Part shown: positions 10,693 through 20,450 of the stretch, piece by piece
How positions within the stretch are numbered: the first letter of the stretch is position 1
Layout of the letters: each line of letters begins with the position of its first letter
Assembly: GCA_965601735.1 (NCBI GenBank)
Contig: OZ271840.1
Span: 2,500,473 to 2,564,472, forward strand
DNA: 64,000 nucleotides
From: Alphaproteobacteria bacterium
GTDB lineage: Bacteria; Pseudomonadota; Alphaproteobacteria; JBBDQX01
Direction: 5' to 3'
Notes under the pieces: model-generated
The model's input: only the letters and a program-made list of their open reading frames with translations
What the model was told of the DNA's origin: nothing
Database searches by the model: none
Program-made: the position numbers and the translations under genes

Positions 10693-12012
10693 ATGAACGT
10701 GCAGCAGAAGGTTAACTCGCTGGAGGAGTACTGGCTGCCGTTCACGCCGAACCGGCATTTCAAGAAGAACCCGCGGCTTCTGGCCAAGGCCGACGGGATG
10801 TATTTCTGGAACCACCGCGGCGAGAAGATCCTCGACGGGGTGTCCTCGCTGTTCTGCTGCAACCTCGGCCATGGCCGGCGTGAGATCGCGGACGCGGTCA
10901 CCGCCTCGATGCAGGAGCTGGACTTCGCGCCGCCGTTCCAGTTCGCCAATCCGATGGCGTTTGAGCTGGCGCGCCAGATCGCCGCGATCACGCCGGGCGA
11001 CCTCAACCGGGTGTTCTTCGCCAACTCCGGCTCCGAGGCGGTGGAGTCGGCGATCAAGATCGCCCTGGTCTATCACCGCGCCAAGGGTCAGCCCCAGCGC
11101 CAGCGGCTGGTCGGGCGCGAGCGCGCCTATCACGGGGTGAACATCGGCGGCATGTCGCTGGGCGGCATGGTCAAGAACCGCGAGGCCCACGGCCTCGGCC
11201 TGCCGGGCGTGGCCCATATGCGCCACACCTGGCTGCCGGAGAACCGCTTCACCCGCGGCCAGGCGGACAACGGCGCGGAACTGGCCGAGGACCTGCAGCG
11301 CTTCGTCGAGTTGCATGGCGCGGACACCATCGCCGCCTGCTTCGTCGAGCCGATCGCCGGGTCGACCGGCATCCTGGTACCGCCGAAGGGCTATCTGGAG
11401 CGGCTGCGTGAGATCTGCGACGCCCACGGCATCCTTTTGGTGTTCGACGAGGTGATCTGCGGCTTCGGGCGCACCGGCAAGGCGTTCGGCGCGGACAGCT
11501 TCGGCGTTACGCCGGACATCATGACCATGGCCAAGGGGCTGACCAACGCGGTCATCCCGATGGGCGCGGTGGCGGTGCGCGAGGACATCTACGAGGCGGT
11601 GACCGACTCCTCGCCCGCCGAGGGCGCGGTGGAGTTCTTCCACGGCTACACCTACTCGGCCCACCCGGCGGCCTGCGCGGCGGGCCTGGCGGCGCTGAAG
11701 ATCTACCGCGACGAGGACATCTTCACGAAGGGGGCGGCCCTGTCGCCGGGCTTCCTCGACCGGGTGTTCGCCTTGCAGGACATCCCCGTGGTCACCGATA
11801 TCCGCGGCTACGGCCTGCTCGCCGCCGTCGACCTGGCGCCGGAAGGCGGTGTCGGCGTGCGCGGCTACGAGGTTCTGCAGCGCCTGTTCGAGGAAGGGGT
11901 GATGCTGCGCATCATCGGCGACACGGTGGTCTTCGCGCCGCCGCTGATCGCCGAACACGACCATATCGACCAGCTTTGCAGCACACTCAGAAAGGTGCTC
12001 GAAGCGCTCTAA
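10693..12012 (+). CDS. Class-III (omega-amino acid / beta-alanine--pyruvate type) aminotransferase
   Basis: PLP-fold class III motifs (FDEVICGFGRTGKAFG, TMAKGLTN). AAGGGAGAG RBS upstream. Confidence 0.85.
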   Translation: MNVQQKVNSLEEYWLPFTPNRHFKKNPRLLAKADGMYFWNHRGEKILDGVSSLFCCNLGHGRREIADAVTASMQELDFAPPFQFANPMAFELARQIAAITPGDLNRVFFANSGSEAVESAIKIALVYHRAKGQPQRQRLVGRERAYHGVNIGGMSLGGMVKNREAHGLGLPGVAHMRHTWLPENRFTRGQADNGAELAEDLQRFVELHGADTIAACFVEPIAGSTGILVPPKGYLERLREICDAHGILLVFDEVICGFGRTGKAFGADSFGVTPDIMTMAKGLTNAVIPMGAVAVREDIYEAVTDSSPAEGAVEFFHGYTYSAHPAACAAGLAALKIYRDEDIFTKGAALSPGFLDRVFALQDIPVVTDIRGYGLLAAVDLAPEGGVGVRGYEVLQRLFEEGVMLRIIGDTVVFAPPLIAEHDHIDQLCSTLRKVLEAL

Positions 12013-12036
12013 CGACCGAGTTAAGGCAGCACACGC

Positions 12037-13173
12037 ATGACGCAGAATCCCCTCGGCTTCGATGCCGGGACGATCCTCGACGGCATCCGCGAATGGGTCG
12101 AGATCGAGACGCCCACCACCGAACCGGACGCGGTGAACCGGCTGATTGACCTGGTGCAGTCCCAGCACGAGGCGCTGGGCGCCACGGTGCGGCGCATCCC
12201 GGGCCGCGACGGCCGGGGCGACCATCTGGTTTCGCGCGCGCCATGGGGCGGCGATGGGCCGGGTATCCTGGTGATGAGCCATCTCGACACGGTGCATCCC
12301 CTGGGCACCATCGACGGCCCGCTGCCCTTCCGGGTGGATGGCAACAACGCCTACGGGCCCGGCATCGCCGACATGAAGGGCGGCGCCTACTTTGGCTACA
12401 ACGCCCTGCGCTACCTGGTGGAGAAGGGCGAGGAGACGCCGCTGCCGGTGACCTTCCTCTACAACTCTGACGAAGAGACCGGCAGCTTGACGTCCCGCGA
12501 CCTGATCGAGGAAGAGGGCGCCAAGGCGAAATACGTGCTGGTCACCGAGCCGGGCCGCAACGGCGGTTCCGTGGTCACTGCGCGCAAGGGCTCGGGCCGC
12601 TTCCAGATGCACATCCAGGGCCGGCCGTCCCATAGCGGTTCGCGCCATGACCTGGGCCGCAGCGCGCTCAAGGAAATGGCGCACCAGATTCTCGCGCTGG
12701 AAGCGATGACCGACTATGAACGCGGCGTGACCGTGAATGTGGGCACCGTGCAGGGCGGCACCCGGCCCAACGTGGTGCCCGGCGAAGCCTTCGCCGAGAT
12801 CGACATGCGCGCAGACTCACCGGAAGACGCCGACGACATGCTCGCGCGCATCCTCGCGCTCAAGGCGGTCGACCCGGACGTCACCGTGACGGTGACCGGT
12901 CAGATCAACCGCTATCCCTACAAGAAGAGCGCGGAGATCGACGCGCTCTACCAGCACGCCAAGGGACTTGCCGCCGACTATGACTTCCCGCTGCCCGAGA
13001 CCCATACCGGCGGCGGTTCGGACGGCAACTTCACCGTTGCCATCGGCATTCCGTCGCTCGATGCGCTCGGCGCCGACGGCGACGGCGGCCATACCCTCGA
13101 AGAGCATATCTACATCGACAAGCTGGTGCCGCGTCAGACGCTGATGGTGCGGCTGCTGCAGACACTCACCTGA
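12037..13173 (+). CDS. M20 family metallopeptidase, carboxypeptidase G2-like, paralog 2
   Basis: About 55% identical to the 8084..9223 product, with the same motifs. Confidence 0.8.
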   Translation: MTQNPLGFDAGTILDGIREWVEIETPTTEPDAVNRLIDLVQSQHEALGATVRRIPGRDGRGDHLVSRAPWGGDGPGILVMSHLDTVHPLGTIDGPLPFRVDGNNAYGPGIADMKGGAYFGYNALRYLVEKGEETPLPVTFLYNSDEETGSLTSRDLIEEEGAKAKYVLVTEPGRNGGSVVTARKGSGRFQMHIQGRPSHSGSRHDLGRSALKEMAHQILALEAMTDYERGVTVNVGTVQGGTRPNVVPGEAFAEIDMRADSPEDADDMLARILALKAVDPDVTVTVTGQINRYPYKKSAEIDALYQHAKGLAADYDFPLPETHTGGGSDGNFTVAIGIPSLDALGADGDGGHTLEEHIYIDKLVPRQTLMVRLLQTLT

Positions 13174-13196
13174 CGGCCGCGCGCCGGGAGACGACA

Positions 13197-14594
13197 ATGC
13201 CGGGATCGAGAGACGGCGCCATCGGGCGCGCCCATGACTATTTCGACAACGGGCGCTTCATCGACGAACTGAGCCGCCGGGTCGCCATCCCCAGCGTCAG
13301 CCAGCAGGACGACAAGCGCGACGCGCTGGACCGTTATGTCGACGAGGAGATGACCGGCAGCCTTGAGGCGATGGGCTTCACCTGCGTCAAGCACCCGAAC
13401 CCGTTCGACGACGCCGGCCCCATCCTCGTTGCCCACCGCACCGAGGATGCGTCCCTGCCGACGATCCTGACTTATGGCCATGGCGACGTGGTGCGCGGTC
13501 TTGAGGCGGGATGGAGCGACGGGCTCAACCCTTGGACGGTGACCCAGGATGGCGACCGGCTCTACGGCCGGGGTACCGCCGACAACAAGGGCCAGCACAC
13601 GGTGAACTTGGCAGCGCTGGACGCGGTGATGGCCGAACGCGGCGGCAGCCTCGGCTTCAACGTGATCTTCCTGCTGGAGATGATGGAGGAGCGGGGCTCG
13701 CGCGGCTTGCGTGAGTTCTGCGACGCCAACCCGGACCTGCTGAAGGCCGATGCGCTGATCGCGTCCGACGGGCCACGCCTGCATCCGGGCTTTCCCAACA
13801 TGTTCCTCGGCAGCCGCGGCGGCTTCAATTTCCGGCTCGACGTGGCGCTGCGCGAGGGCGGCCACCATTCCGGTCACTGGGGCGGCGTGCTTGAGGACCC
13901 GGAGATCATCCTGTCCCACGTCATCGCCTCGCTGGTGGACAAGCGCGGCCGCATCCTGATCCCCGAATGGGTGCCCAAGGAAGTGCCGCCGCTGATCCGC
14001 GAGATGCTGAAGGACGTGCAGATCGAGTCCGGCGCCGACGCCCCCGACTTCCCGGACGATTGGGGCGAGCCCGGACTGAGCCAGGCGGAGAAGATGCTCG
14101 CCTGGACCAGCTTCATCGTGCTGGCGAGCCAGAACGGCAATCCGGATAACCCGGTGAATGCTGTCTCCGACGTTTCCTCGGCCTGGTGCCAGCTGCGCCA
14201 CACGGCGGATGTGAACGCGGACCGCTTCGAGCCGGCGCTGCGCGAGCATCTCGACGCTAACGGCTTTGGCATGGTGTCGATCACCGTGGACGAGCGCCGC
14301 CGCCGGCGCGCCTCGCGCACCGATCCGGCCAATCCGTGGGTCGGCTGGGCGCGGAACTCGATGGCGCGCAGCATGGGCGGCAAGCCGGTGCATGTGGCGC
14401 CGAACCAGTCCGGCGGCCTGCCCAATGACGTGTTCGAGGACCTGGGCATGCCGACGCTCTGGTTCCCGCATTCCTATAACGGCTGCAGCCAGCACGCACC
14501 GAACGAGCACATGCTTGCCTCGGTTGCGCGCGAGGGGCTGGGCATCATGGCGGGTCTGTTCTGGGATCTGGGGGAGACCCCGCCGCAAGCTTGA
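13197..14594 (+). CDS. M20/M25/M40 family dipeptidase-like metallohydrolase (about 465 aa), tandem paralog 1 of 4
   Basis: HGDVV, YGRGTADNKGQ and SGHWGG motifs. GGGAGACGAC RBS upstream. Confidence 0.8.
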   Translation: MPGSRDGAIGRAHDYFDNGRFIDELSRRVAIPSVSQQDDKRDALDRYVDEEMTGSLEAMGFTCVKHPNPFDDAGPILVAHRTEDASLPTILTYGHGDVVRGLEAGWSDGLNPWTVTQDGDRLYGRGTADNKGQHTVNLAALDAVMAERGGSLGFNVIFLLEMMEERGSRGLREFCDANPDLLKADALIASDGPRLHPGFPNMFLGSRGGFNFRLDVALREGGHHSGHWGGVLEDPEIILSHVIASLVDKRGRILIPEWVPKEVPPLIREMLKDVQIESGADAPDFPDDWGEPGLSQAEKMLAWTSFIVLASQNGNPDNPVNAVSDVSSAWCQLRHTADVNADRFEPALREHLDANGFGMVSITVDERRRRRASRTDPANPWVGWARNSMARSMGGKPVHVAPNQSGGLPNDVFEDLGMPTLWFPHSYNGCSQHAPNEHMLASVAREGLGIMAGLFWDLGETPPQA

Positions 14595-14605
14595 GGGAGA
14601 GAGCG

Positions 14606-16012
14606 ATGGCGGACCGAGACGACGCCCTGAACCGGGCGCGGGAGCATTTCGACAGCGGCGCGTTCCTAGACGCGCTGGCCCCGCGCATCGCCATCCCGAC
14701 CGAAAGCCAGATCCCCGAGCGCCAGCCCGAGCTCTACCGCTATCTCGAAGACGAAATGCGCCCCGAGTTCGAGGCCATGGAGCATGAGGTCCAGGTCTAT
14801 GACAACCCGGTGGACGGGCGCGGCCCGGTCCTCATCGCCAGCCGGGTCGAGGATGCGTCCCTGCCGACCGTGCTGAGCTACGGCCATGGCGATGTCGTCA
14901 CCGCCTTCCCAGAGGAATGGGACGACGGGCTCGACCCCTACGTGATGAAGATCGACGGCGACCGGGTTTACGGTCGTGGCGTGGTCGACAACAAGGGGCA
15001 GCACTGCCTCGGCATGGCGGCGACCAAGGCGGTGCTCGACGCGCGCGGCGGCAGCCTCGGCTACAACAGCAAATTCATCATCGAGACCGGCGAGGAGCAG
15101 GGCTCCCACGGGCTCGAGGATTTCATCAAGGCGCATACCAGCGAGCTTGCGACCGACATCTTCCTCGGCATCGACGGCCCGCGCCATTCGCTGTCCATGC
15201 CCGAGGTGGTGCTGGGCAGCCGGGGCGCGGACTATCTCGACCTGATCGTCGATCTGAAGCGGGAAGGGGGCCTGCATTCGGGCCACTGGGGCGGCGTGAT
15301 GCCGGATGCCGGGATCATCCTCGCCCAGGCGATCAGCACCATCACCACGCCCAAGGGCAAGCTGCTGATAGAGGACTGGCTGCCGAAGCAGGTGCCGAAC
15401 TCGGTGCGCGCGGCGGCCCGCGACCTGGTGGTCGACAAGATGGACAACATCCCCGAGCCTGAGGACCCGGAATGGGGCGACACGGCGCTGACCACCGAAG
15501 AAAAGGTGATGACCAGCACCAGCGTCATCGTGCTCGCGTTCAAGTGCGGAAATCCGGACAACCCGGTGAACTCGGTGCCGTCGAACGCCTGGGCGCGGCT
15601 GCAGGTGCGCCATGTCGCCGACGTCAAACGCGAGGCGCTGGCACCCGCGCTGCGCAAGCATCTCGACGACCATGGCTACGGCAATATCGAGATCGTCGAG
15701 ACCGGCCGCGACCTGTTTCCGGCGCACCGTGAGGACCCGGACAATCCCTGGGTGCAGCACATCGTGAAGTCGCTGCAGACCACCCATGGCGGGCGCATCA
15801 ATGTGTGTCCCGGCGCAGGGGGCAGCGGGCCGCGCGGCTTCTTTGCCAACCATCTCGACTGCGTGGCGATGATCGTGCCCAATTCCTATGCCGGCTGCGG
15901 CCAGCATGGCCCGAACGAGCATGGGCTGATCCCGCTGTTCCGCGAGGGCATCGCCAACCTGGCCGGCATCTACTGGGACGCCGGCGAACCGGACGCGCCG
16001 CGCCGCGGCTGA
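14606..16012 (+). CDS. M20/M25/M40 family dipeptidase-like metallohydrolase, tandem paralog 2 of 4
   Basis: ORF from 14591. I prefer the ATG at 14606 (MADRDD...), which has a strong GAGGGAGAGAG SD. Same motifs as paralog 1. Confidence 0.75.
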   Translation: MADRDDALNRAREHFDSGAFLDALAPRIAIPTESQIPERQPELYRYLEDEMRPEFEAMEHEVQVYDNPVDGRGPVLIASRVEDASLPTVLSYGHGDVVTAFPEEWDDGLDPYVMKIDGDRVYGRGVVDNKGQHCLGMAATKAVLDARGGSLGYNSKFIIETGEEQGSHGLEDFIKAHTSELATDIFLGIDGPRHSLSMPEVVLGSRGADYLDLIVDLKREGGLHSGHWGGVMPDAGIILAQAISTITTPKGKLLIEDWLPKQVPNSVRAAARDLVVDKMDNIPEPEDPEWGDTALTTEEKVMTSTSVIVLAFKCGNPDNPVNSVPSNAWARLQVRHVADVKREALAPALRKHLDDHGYGNIEIVETGRDLFPAHREDPDNPWVQHIVKSLQTTHGGRINVCPGAGGSGPRGFFANHLDCVAMIVPNSYAGCGQHGPNEHGLIPLFREGIANLAGIYWDAGEPDAPRRG

Positions 16013-16039
16013 CGCAAGACCTGAGGAGGAGGGAGCATC

Positions 16040-17455
16040 ATGGCCAGCCGCGAAGGCGCCATCGAGCGCGCAACCAAGCATTTCGACGATGGCGCCTTTA
16101 TCGACGACCTGACCCGCTGGGTCGCCATCCCGACCCAGAGCCAGCTGCTCGACCATCAGCCGGAGCTGTATCGCTACCTGCGCGAGGAGATCGGCCCGTT
16201 CTGCGCGTCGATGGACCATGACTACGAGATCTTCGACAACCCGGACCCGCAGCGCGGCCCGATCCTGGTGGCGACCCATATCGAGGACCCGGCGCGGCCG
16301 ACCCTGCTGACCTACGGCCATGGCGACGTGGTCACCGCCTTTCCCGAGGAATGGAGCGACGGCCTCGACCCGTGGACCGTCAAGGTGGTGGGCGACAAGG
16401 TCTATGGCCGCGGCACCGTCGACAACAAGGGCCAGCATCTGATCGCCATGACCGGCATCGCCAAGGCGATGGAGGAACGCGGCGGCAAGCTCGGCTTCAA
16501 TTCCAAGATCATCATCGAGACCGGCGAGGAGCAGGGATCGGTCGGCCTGAAGGAGTTCATCCTCGACCACACCGACCTGCTGTCCTGCGACGTCTTCTTT
16601 GGCCTCGACGGCCCGCGCCGCTCCTTCAAGCGCCACGAACTGAACCTCGGCAACCGGGGCGCGGTGGTGTTCGACCTGATCGTCGATCTGAAGCGGGAAG
16701 GGGGCCTGCATTCGGGCCACTGGGGCGGCGTCATGCCGGATGCCGGGATCATCCTCGCGCAGGCGATCAGCTCCATCACCACGCCCAAGGGCAAGATCCT
16801 GGTGGAGGACTGGCGTCCGAAGGCCATCAAGGACTCGGTGCGCAACGCCGCCCGGGATATCGAGGTGGAGCCGGTGGAGAACCTGCCGCCACTCGATCCC
16901 GAGTGGGGTGAGCCGGGTCTGGAAAGCCAGGAAAAGGTCATCATCTGGACCAGCTTCGTGGTGCTGGCCTACCAGACCGGCAACCCGGACAACCCGGTCA
17001 ATTCGGTCCCGTCCTACGCCAAGGCCCGCTGCCAGGTGCGCCACACGGTGGATGTGGAGCAGGAAACGGTGATCCCGGCGCTGAAGGCGCATCTCGCTGA
17101 GCAGGGCTTTGGCGACCTGGTGGAGGTGAGCACCAATGTCGGCCGCCTCGGCCACTACGCCGCGCGCACTGACCCCGACGACCCCTGGGTGCAGTACATC
17201 GCCAAGTCGATGGAGAAGACGTCTGGCGCCTGGCCCAACGTGTCGCCGAATACGGGCGCCAGCGGCCCGCGCTCGATCTTCAAGGACCCGCTGCAATGCC
17301 CGGCAATCATGGGGTCGCACTCCTATCCCGGCTGCGGCCAGCACGGCCCGGACGAGCACGGCCTGCTGTCCCTGTTCCGTGAGGGGCTGCAGGTCATGAC
17401 CGGGGTCTATTACGACCTGGGCGAGCCGGACACGCCGCCGGCGAAGGGCGCCTGA
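16040..17455 (+). CDS. M20/M25/M40 family dipeptidase-like metallohydrolase, tandem paralog 3 of 4
   Basis: GAGGAGGAGGGAG SD. Shares a near-identical 120-bp stretch with paralog 2. Confidence 0.8.
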   Translation: MASREGAIERATKHFDDGAFIDDLTRWVAIPTQSQLLDHQPELYRYLREEIGPFCASMDHDYEIFDNPDPQRGPILVATHIEDPARPTLLTYGHGDVVTAFPEEWSDGLDPWTVKVVGDKVYGRGTVDNKGQHLIAMTGIAKAMEERGGKLGFNSKIIIETGEEQGSVGLKEFILDHTDLLSCDVFFGLDGPRRSFKRHELNLGNRGAVVFDLIVDLKREGGLHSGHWGGVMPDAGIILAQAISSITTPKGKILVEDWRPKAIKDSVRNAARDIEVEPVENLPPLDPEWGEPGLESQEKVIIWTSFVVLAYQTGNPDNPVNSVPSYAKARCQVRHTVDVEQETVIPALKAHLAEQGFGDLVEVSTNVGRLGHYAARTDPDDPWVQYIAKSMEKTSGAWPNVSPNTGASGPRSIFKDPLQCPAIMGSHSYPGCGQHGPDEHGLLSLFREGLQVMTGVYYDLGEPDTPPAKGA

Positions 17456-18873
17456 TGCCGGCCAGCCGCGATAGCGCCATCGGCCGCGCCCATGAGGCGT
17501 TCGACGACGGCCGTTTTCTTGGCCGGCTCGCCCAATGGGTGGCGATCCCAACCGAAAGCCAGGTACCCGAACGCACGCCGGAGCTCGGCCGCTATGTGGA
17601 TCAGGCCCTGGTGCCGGTGCTCAAGGCGATGGGCTTCGAGACGGCGGTCTTCGCCAACAGCGTCGAGGGGCGCGGCCCCTTTGTGGTCGCCAGCAAGATT
17701 GAGGACCCGGCGAAGCCAACCCTGCTGCTCTACGGCCATGGCGACGTGGTCCGTGCCGTGCCGGAGGAATGGAGCGACGGCCTCGATCCCTATGTGATGA
17801 AGATCGACGGCGAGCGGGTCTACGGGCGCGGCGTGGTCGACAACAAGGGCCAGCATTGCCTCGGCATCACCGCGCTGGAGGCGGTGATGGCTGAACGCGG
17901 CGGCACGCTGGACTTCAACTGCAAGGTTCTCATCGAGACCGGGGAAGAGCAGGGTTCGCCAGGACTCAAGGCCTTCGTCGATTCCCATACCGACTTGCTG
18001 AAATGTGACCTGTTCGCCGGGCTTGACGGGCCGCGCCGCTCGTTCAAGCGCATGCAGCTCGACCTCGGCTGTAAGGGCGGCGTGTTCTTCGACATGATCG
18101 TCGACCTGAAGCGGGAAGGGGGGCTGCATTCGGGCCACTGGGGCGGCGTGATGCCCGACGCCGGCATCATCCTGGCCCAGGCGATCAGCACCATCACCAC
18201 GCCCCAGGGCCGCATCCGGGTCGATGAATGGCGTCCGAAGTCGGTGCCGCCCGCTGCGATTGATGCGGCGAATGCGCTGGAGACCGACCCGATCCCCGGC
18301 ATGCCGGAGCCGGACCCAGACTGGGGTGAGACGGAGCTCGGCCCCATGGCCAAGGGCTACTGCTGGACCGGCTTCATCGTCCTTGCCTACGAGTGCGGCA
18401 ACCCGGACAACCCGGTGAACTCGGTGCCCTCCTACGCCAAGGCGCGCTGCCAGGTGCGTCACACGGTGGATGTGGCTGCCGAGGATGTGATCCCCGGCCT
18501 GCGCCGCCATCTCGCCGAGGCCGGTATCGATGGCGTCGAGGTCACCGCCGAGCACATCAAACGCGATGCCTTTCCCGCCTCGCGCACCGACCTGGACGAC
18601 CCCTGGGTGCGTTTTGTCGCCGCCTCGTTTGAGCAAACAACCGGCGTGGCGCCCAACATCACGCCCAACACCTCGGGCAGCGGCCCCAACGAGATGTTCA
18701 AGGCGGGGCTTGGCGTGCCGACCATGTGGATTCCCCATTCCTATTTTGGCTGCGGTCAGCACGGCCCCGACGAGCACGGCCTGAAGGGCCTGTTCCGCGA
18801 GGGGCTCGGTGTGATGGCCGGGCTCTACTGGGACCTCGCTGAAGGGGATACGCCGCCGCCGAAGGGACCGTGA
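17455..18873 (+). CDS. M20/M25/M40 family dipeptidase-like metallohydrolase, tandem paralog 4 of 4
   Basis: TGATG overlap with paralog 3. Same motif set. Confidence 0.8.
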   Translation: MPASRDSAIGRAHEAFDDGRFLGRLAQWVAIPTESQVPERTPELGRYVDQALVPVLKAMGFETAVFANSVEGRGPFVVASKIEDPAKPTLLLYGHGDVVRAVPEEWSDGLDPYVMKIDGERVYGRGVVDNKGQHCLGITALEAVMAERGGTLDFNCKVLIETGEEQGSPGLKAFVDSHTDLLKCDLFAGLDGPRRSFKRMQLDLGCKGGVFFDMIVDLKREGGLHSGHWGGVMPDAGIILAQAISTITTPQGRIRVDEWRPKSVPPAAIDAANALETDPIPGMPEPDPDWGETELGPMAKGYCWTGFIVLAYECGNPDNPVNSVPSYAKARCQVRHTVDVAAEDVIPGLRRHLAEAGIDGVEVTAEHIKRDAFPASRTDLDDPWVRFVAASFEQTTGVAPNITPNTSGSGPNEMFKAGLGVPTMWIPHSYFGCGQHGPDEHGLKGLFREGLGVMAGLYWDLAEGDTPPPKGP

Positions 18874-20432
18874 TGCCGGGCGATTTCCACCAGAACTGGG
18901 ACCTGCGCAAACCCGCCGTGACATCGAAGGGCGGGCTGGTCGCGGCCCATAACCTGACCGCAGCGGAGATTGGCGCCGCGGTGCTGGCGGACGGCGGGAA
19001 CGCTTTCGACGCGGCCATCGCCACGTCGCTCGCCATGTCGGTGGTCGAGCCGTGGATGAGCGGTATCGGCGGCGGCGGGTTTGGCCTGATCTGCGATGCG
19101 GCCGGCGGCGATGTCCATGCGCTGGACTACGGCATGATGGCGTCGCGCCATCTCGATCCGGCGGACTATCCCCTGGCGGGCGACGCCAGCGATGCGCCCG
19201 AGGCGCTGCCCGATGTGGTGGACGATCGCAACGCTGTCGGCCCACTGTCCATCGCGGTGCCCGGTCTGGTGGCCGGGCTCGGCCTGCTGCATGACCGCTT
19301 CGCCACCCGGCCCTGGGCTGATCTCGTGACGCCCGCGGTTGAGCTGGCGCAGCAGGGCCTGCCGGTTACCTGGAACACCACCCTGCGCATCACCGAGAGC
19401 GCGGCGGCCTTGCGCCGCTTCGAGCCCGGGGCCAGCCAGTATCTGCCGGACGGACTGCCGCCGGCCCCGGCAGCGCAATTGCCGCTCGACCGGTTGCCGC
19501 TCGGCGGGCTCGCGGACACCCTGGCGCGGCTCGCGGAGGCAGGGGCGGCGGATTTCTACCGCGGCGATCTCGCCGCCGCGCTTGCCGCGGACCTCAAGGA
19601 CGTCGGCGCACGGGTGGCGGCGGACGACCTCTCGGCCTGCAACGCGGTGTTGCGCAAACCGCTCGCCGCCGACCATGGCCCGGCGCGGGTCTATGCGGCG
19701 CCGGGGCTGACCGCCGGGCCGACCCTGATCGATGCGCTCGCCCGCTTCGCCGGGGATGTCCCCGAGGGGCCGCCCGATGCGCAGGCTTATATGGCCTGGG
19801 CCGGGGCGCTGGCCGCCGCCTACGCGCGCCGTTTCGAGACCATGGGCCATGGCGGCAGCATGCGCCATCCGGGCTGCACCACCCATTTCTCGGTGGTCGA
19901 CAAGGACGGCAACCTGGTGGCCTGGACCCAGACCCTGCTCACGGCCTTCGGCAGCAAGGTGGTGCTGCCGAAGACCGGGGTGCTGATGAACAATGGGGTG
20001 GCCTGGTTCGATGCCCGGCCCGGCCGGATCAACAGCCTCAAGGCCGGGGTGCGGCCCCTGTCGAACATGTGCCCGGCGATCGCGCTGCGCGATGGCAAGC
20101 CCTGGATCGCCACCGGCGCGTCCGGCGGCCGCCGTATCCTGCCCGCCGTGGCGCAGCTGCTGTCGATGCAGATCGATGGCGGGCTCGATCTGGAAGCCGC
20201 CTTTCACACCCCGCGCATCAGCGTGCCCGGCGCGCCGCCGGTGGTCCTCGACCGGCGGCTGCCCCACGATGTGGTGGTGGCGTTGGCCGCTGCCTATCCA
20301 GTGCGCGAGGAACAGGAGGCGGCGTTCCCACGGCTGTTCGCCTCGCCCAACGCTGTGCGTATCGAGGAAGATGGCACCCGCACTGGCATGGCGGACGTCT
20401 TTTCGCCGGTGTCCGGCGTCGCCGCCGGCTAG
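18873..20432 (+). CDS. Gamma-glutamyltransferase family Ntn-hydrolase (no signal peptide, likely cytoplasmic)
   Basis: GGT family with catalytic TTHFS and GASGG motifs. TGATG overlap with the upstream gene. Confidence 0.8.
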   Translation: MPGDFHQNWDLRKPAVTSKGGLVAAHNLTAAEIGAAVLADGGNAFDAAIATSLAMSVVEPWMSGIGGGGFGLICDAAGGDVHALDYGMMASRHLDPADYPLAGDASDAPEALPDVVDDRNAVGPLSIAVPGLVAGLGLLHDRFATRPWADLVTPAVELAQQGLPVTWNTTLRITESAAALRRFEPGASQYLPDGLPPAPAAQLPLDRLPLGGLADTLARLAEAGAADFYRGDLAAALAADLKDVGARVAADDLSACNAVLRKPLAADHGPARVYAAPGLTAGPTLIDALARFAGDVPEGPPDAQAYMAWAGALAAAYARRFETMGHGGSMRHPGCTTHFSVVDKDGNLVAWTQTLLTAFGSKVVLPKTGVLMNNGVAWFDARPGRINSLKAGVRPLSNMCPAIALRDGKPWIATGASGGRRILPAVAQLLSMQIDGGLDLEAAFHTPRISVPGAPPVVLDRRLPHDVVVALAAAYPVREEQEAAFPRLFASPNAVRIEEDGTRTGMADVFSPVSGVAAG

Positions 20433-20450
20433 AGGATCAGGGAGGAGACC

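Noticed and set aside
14666-17551. 961-aa minus-strand ORF spanning three M20 genes, with similar giants at 17410..19245 (-), 18825..21998 (-), 13134..14588 (-), 10651..12684 (-), 9001..10332 (-), 7895..9007 (-) and 6516..7802 (-)
   Set aside because: Gly/Arg/Ala/Pro-rich, low-complexity translations, exactly antisense to well-supported plus-strand genes. These are typical high-GC shadow ORFs.
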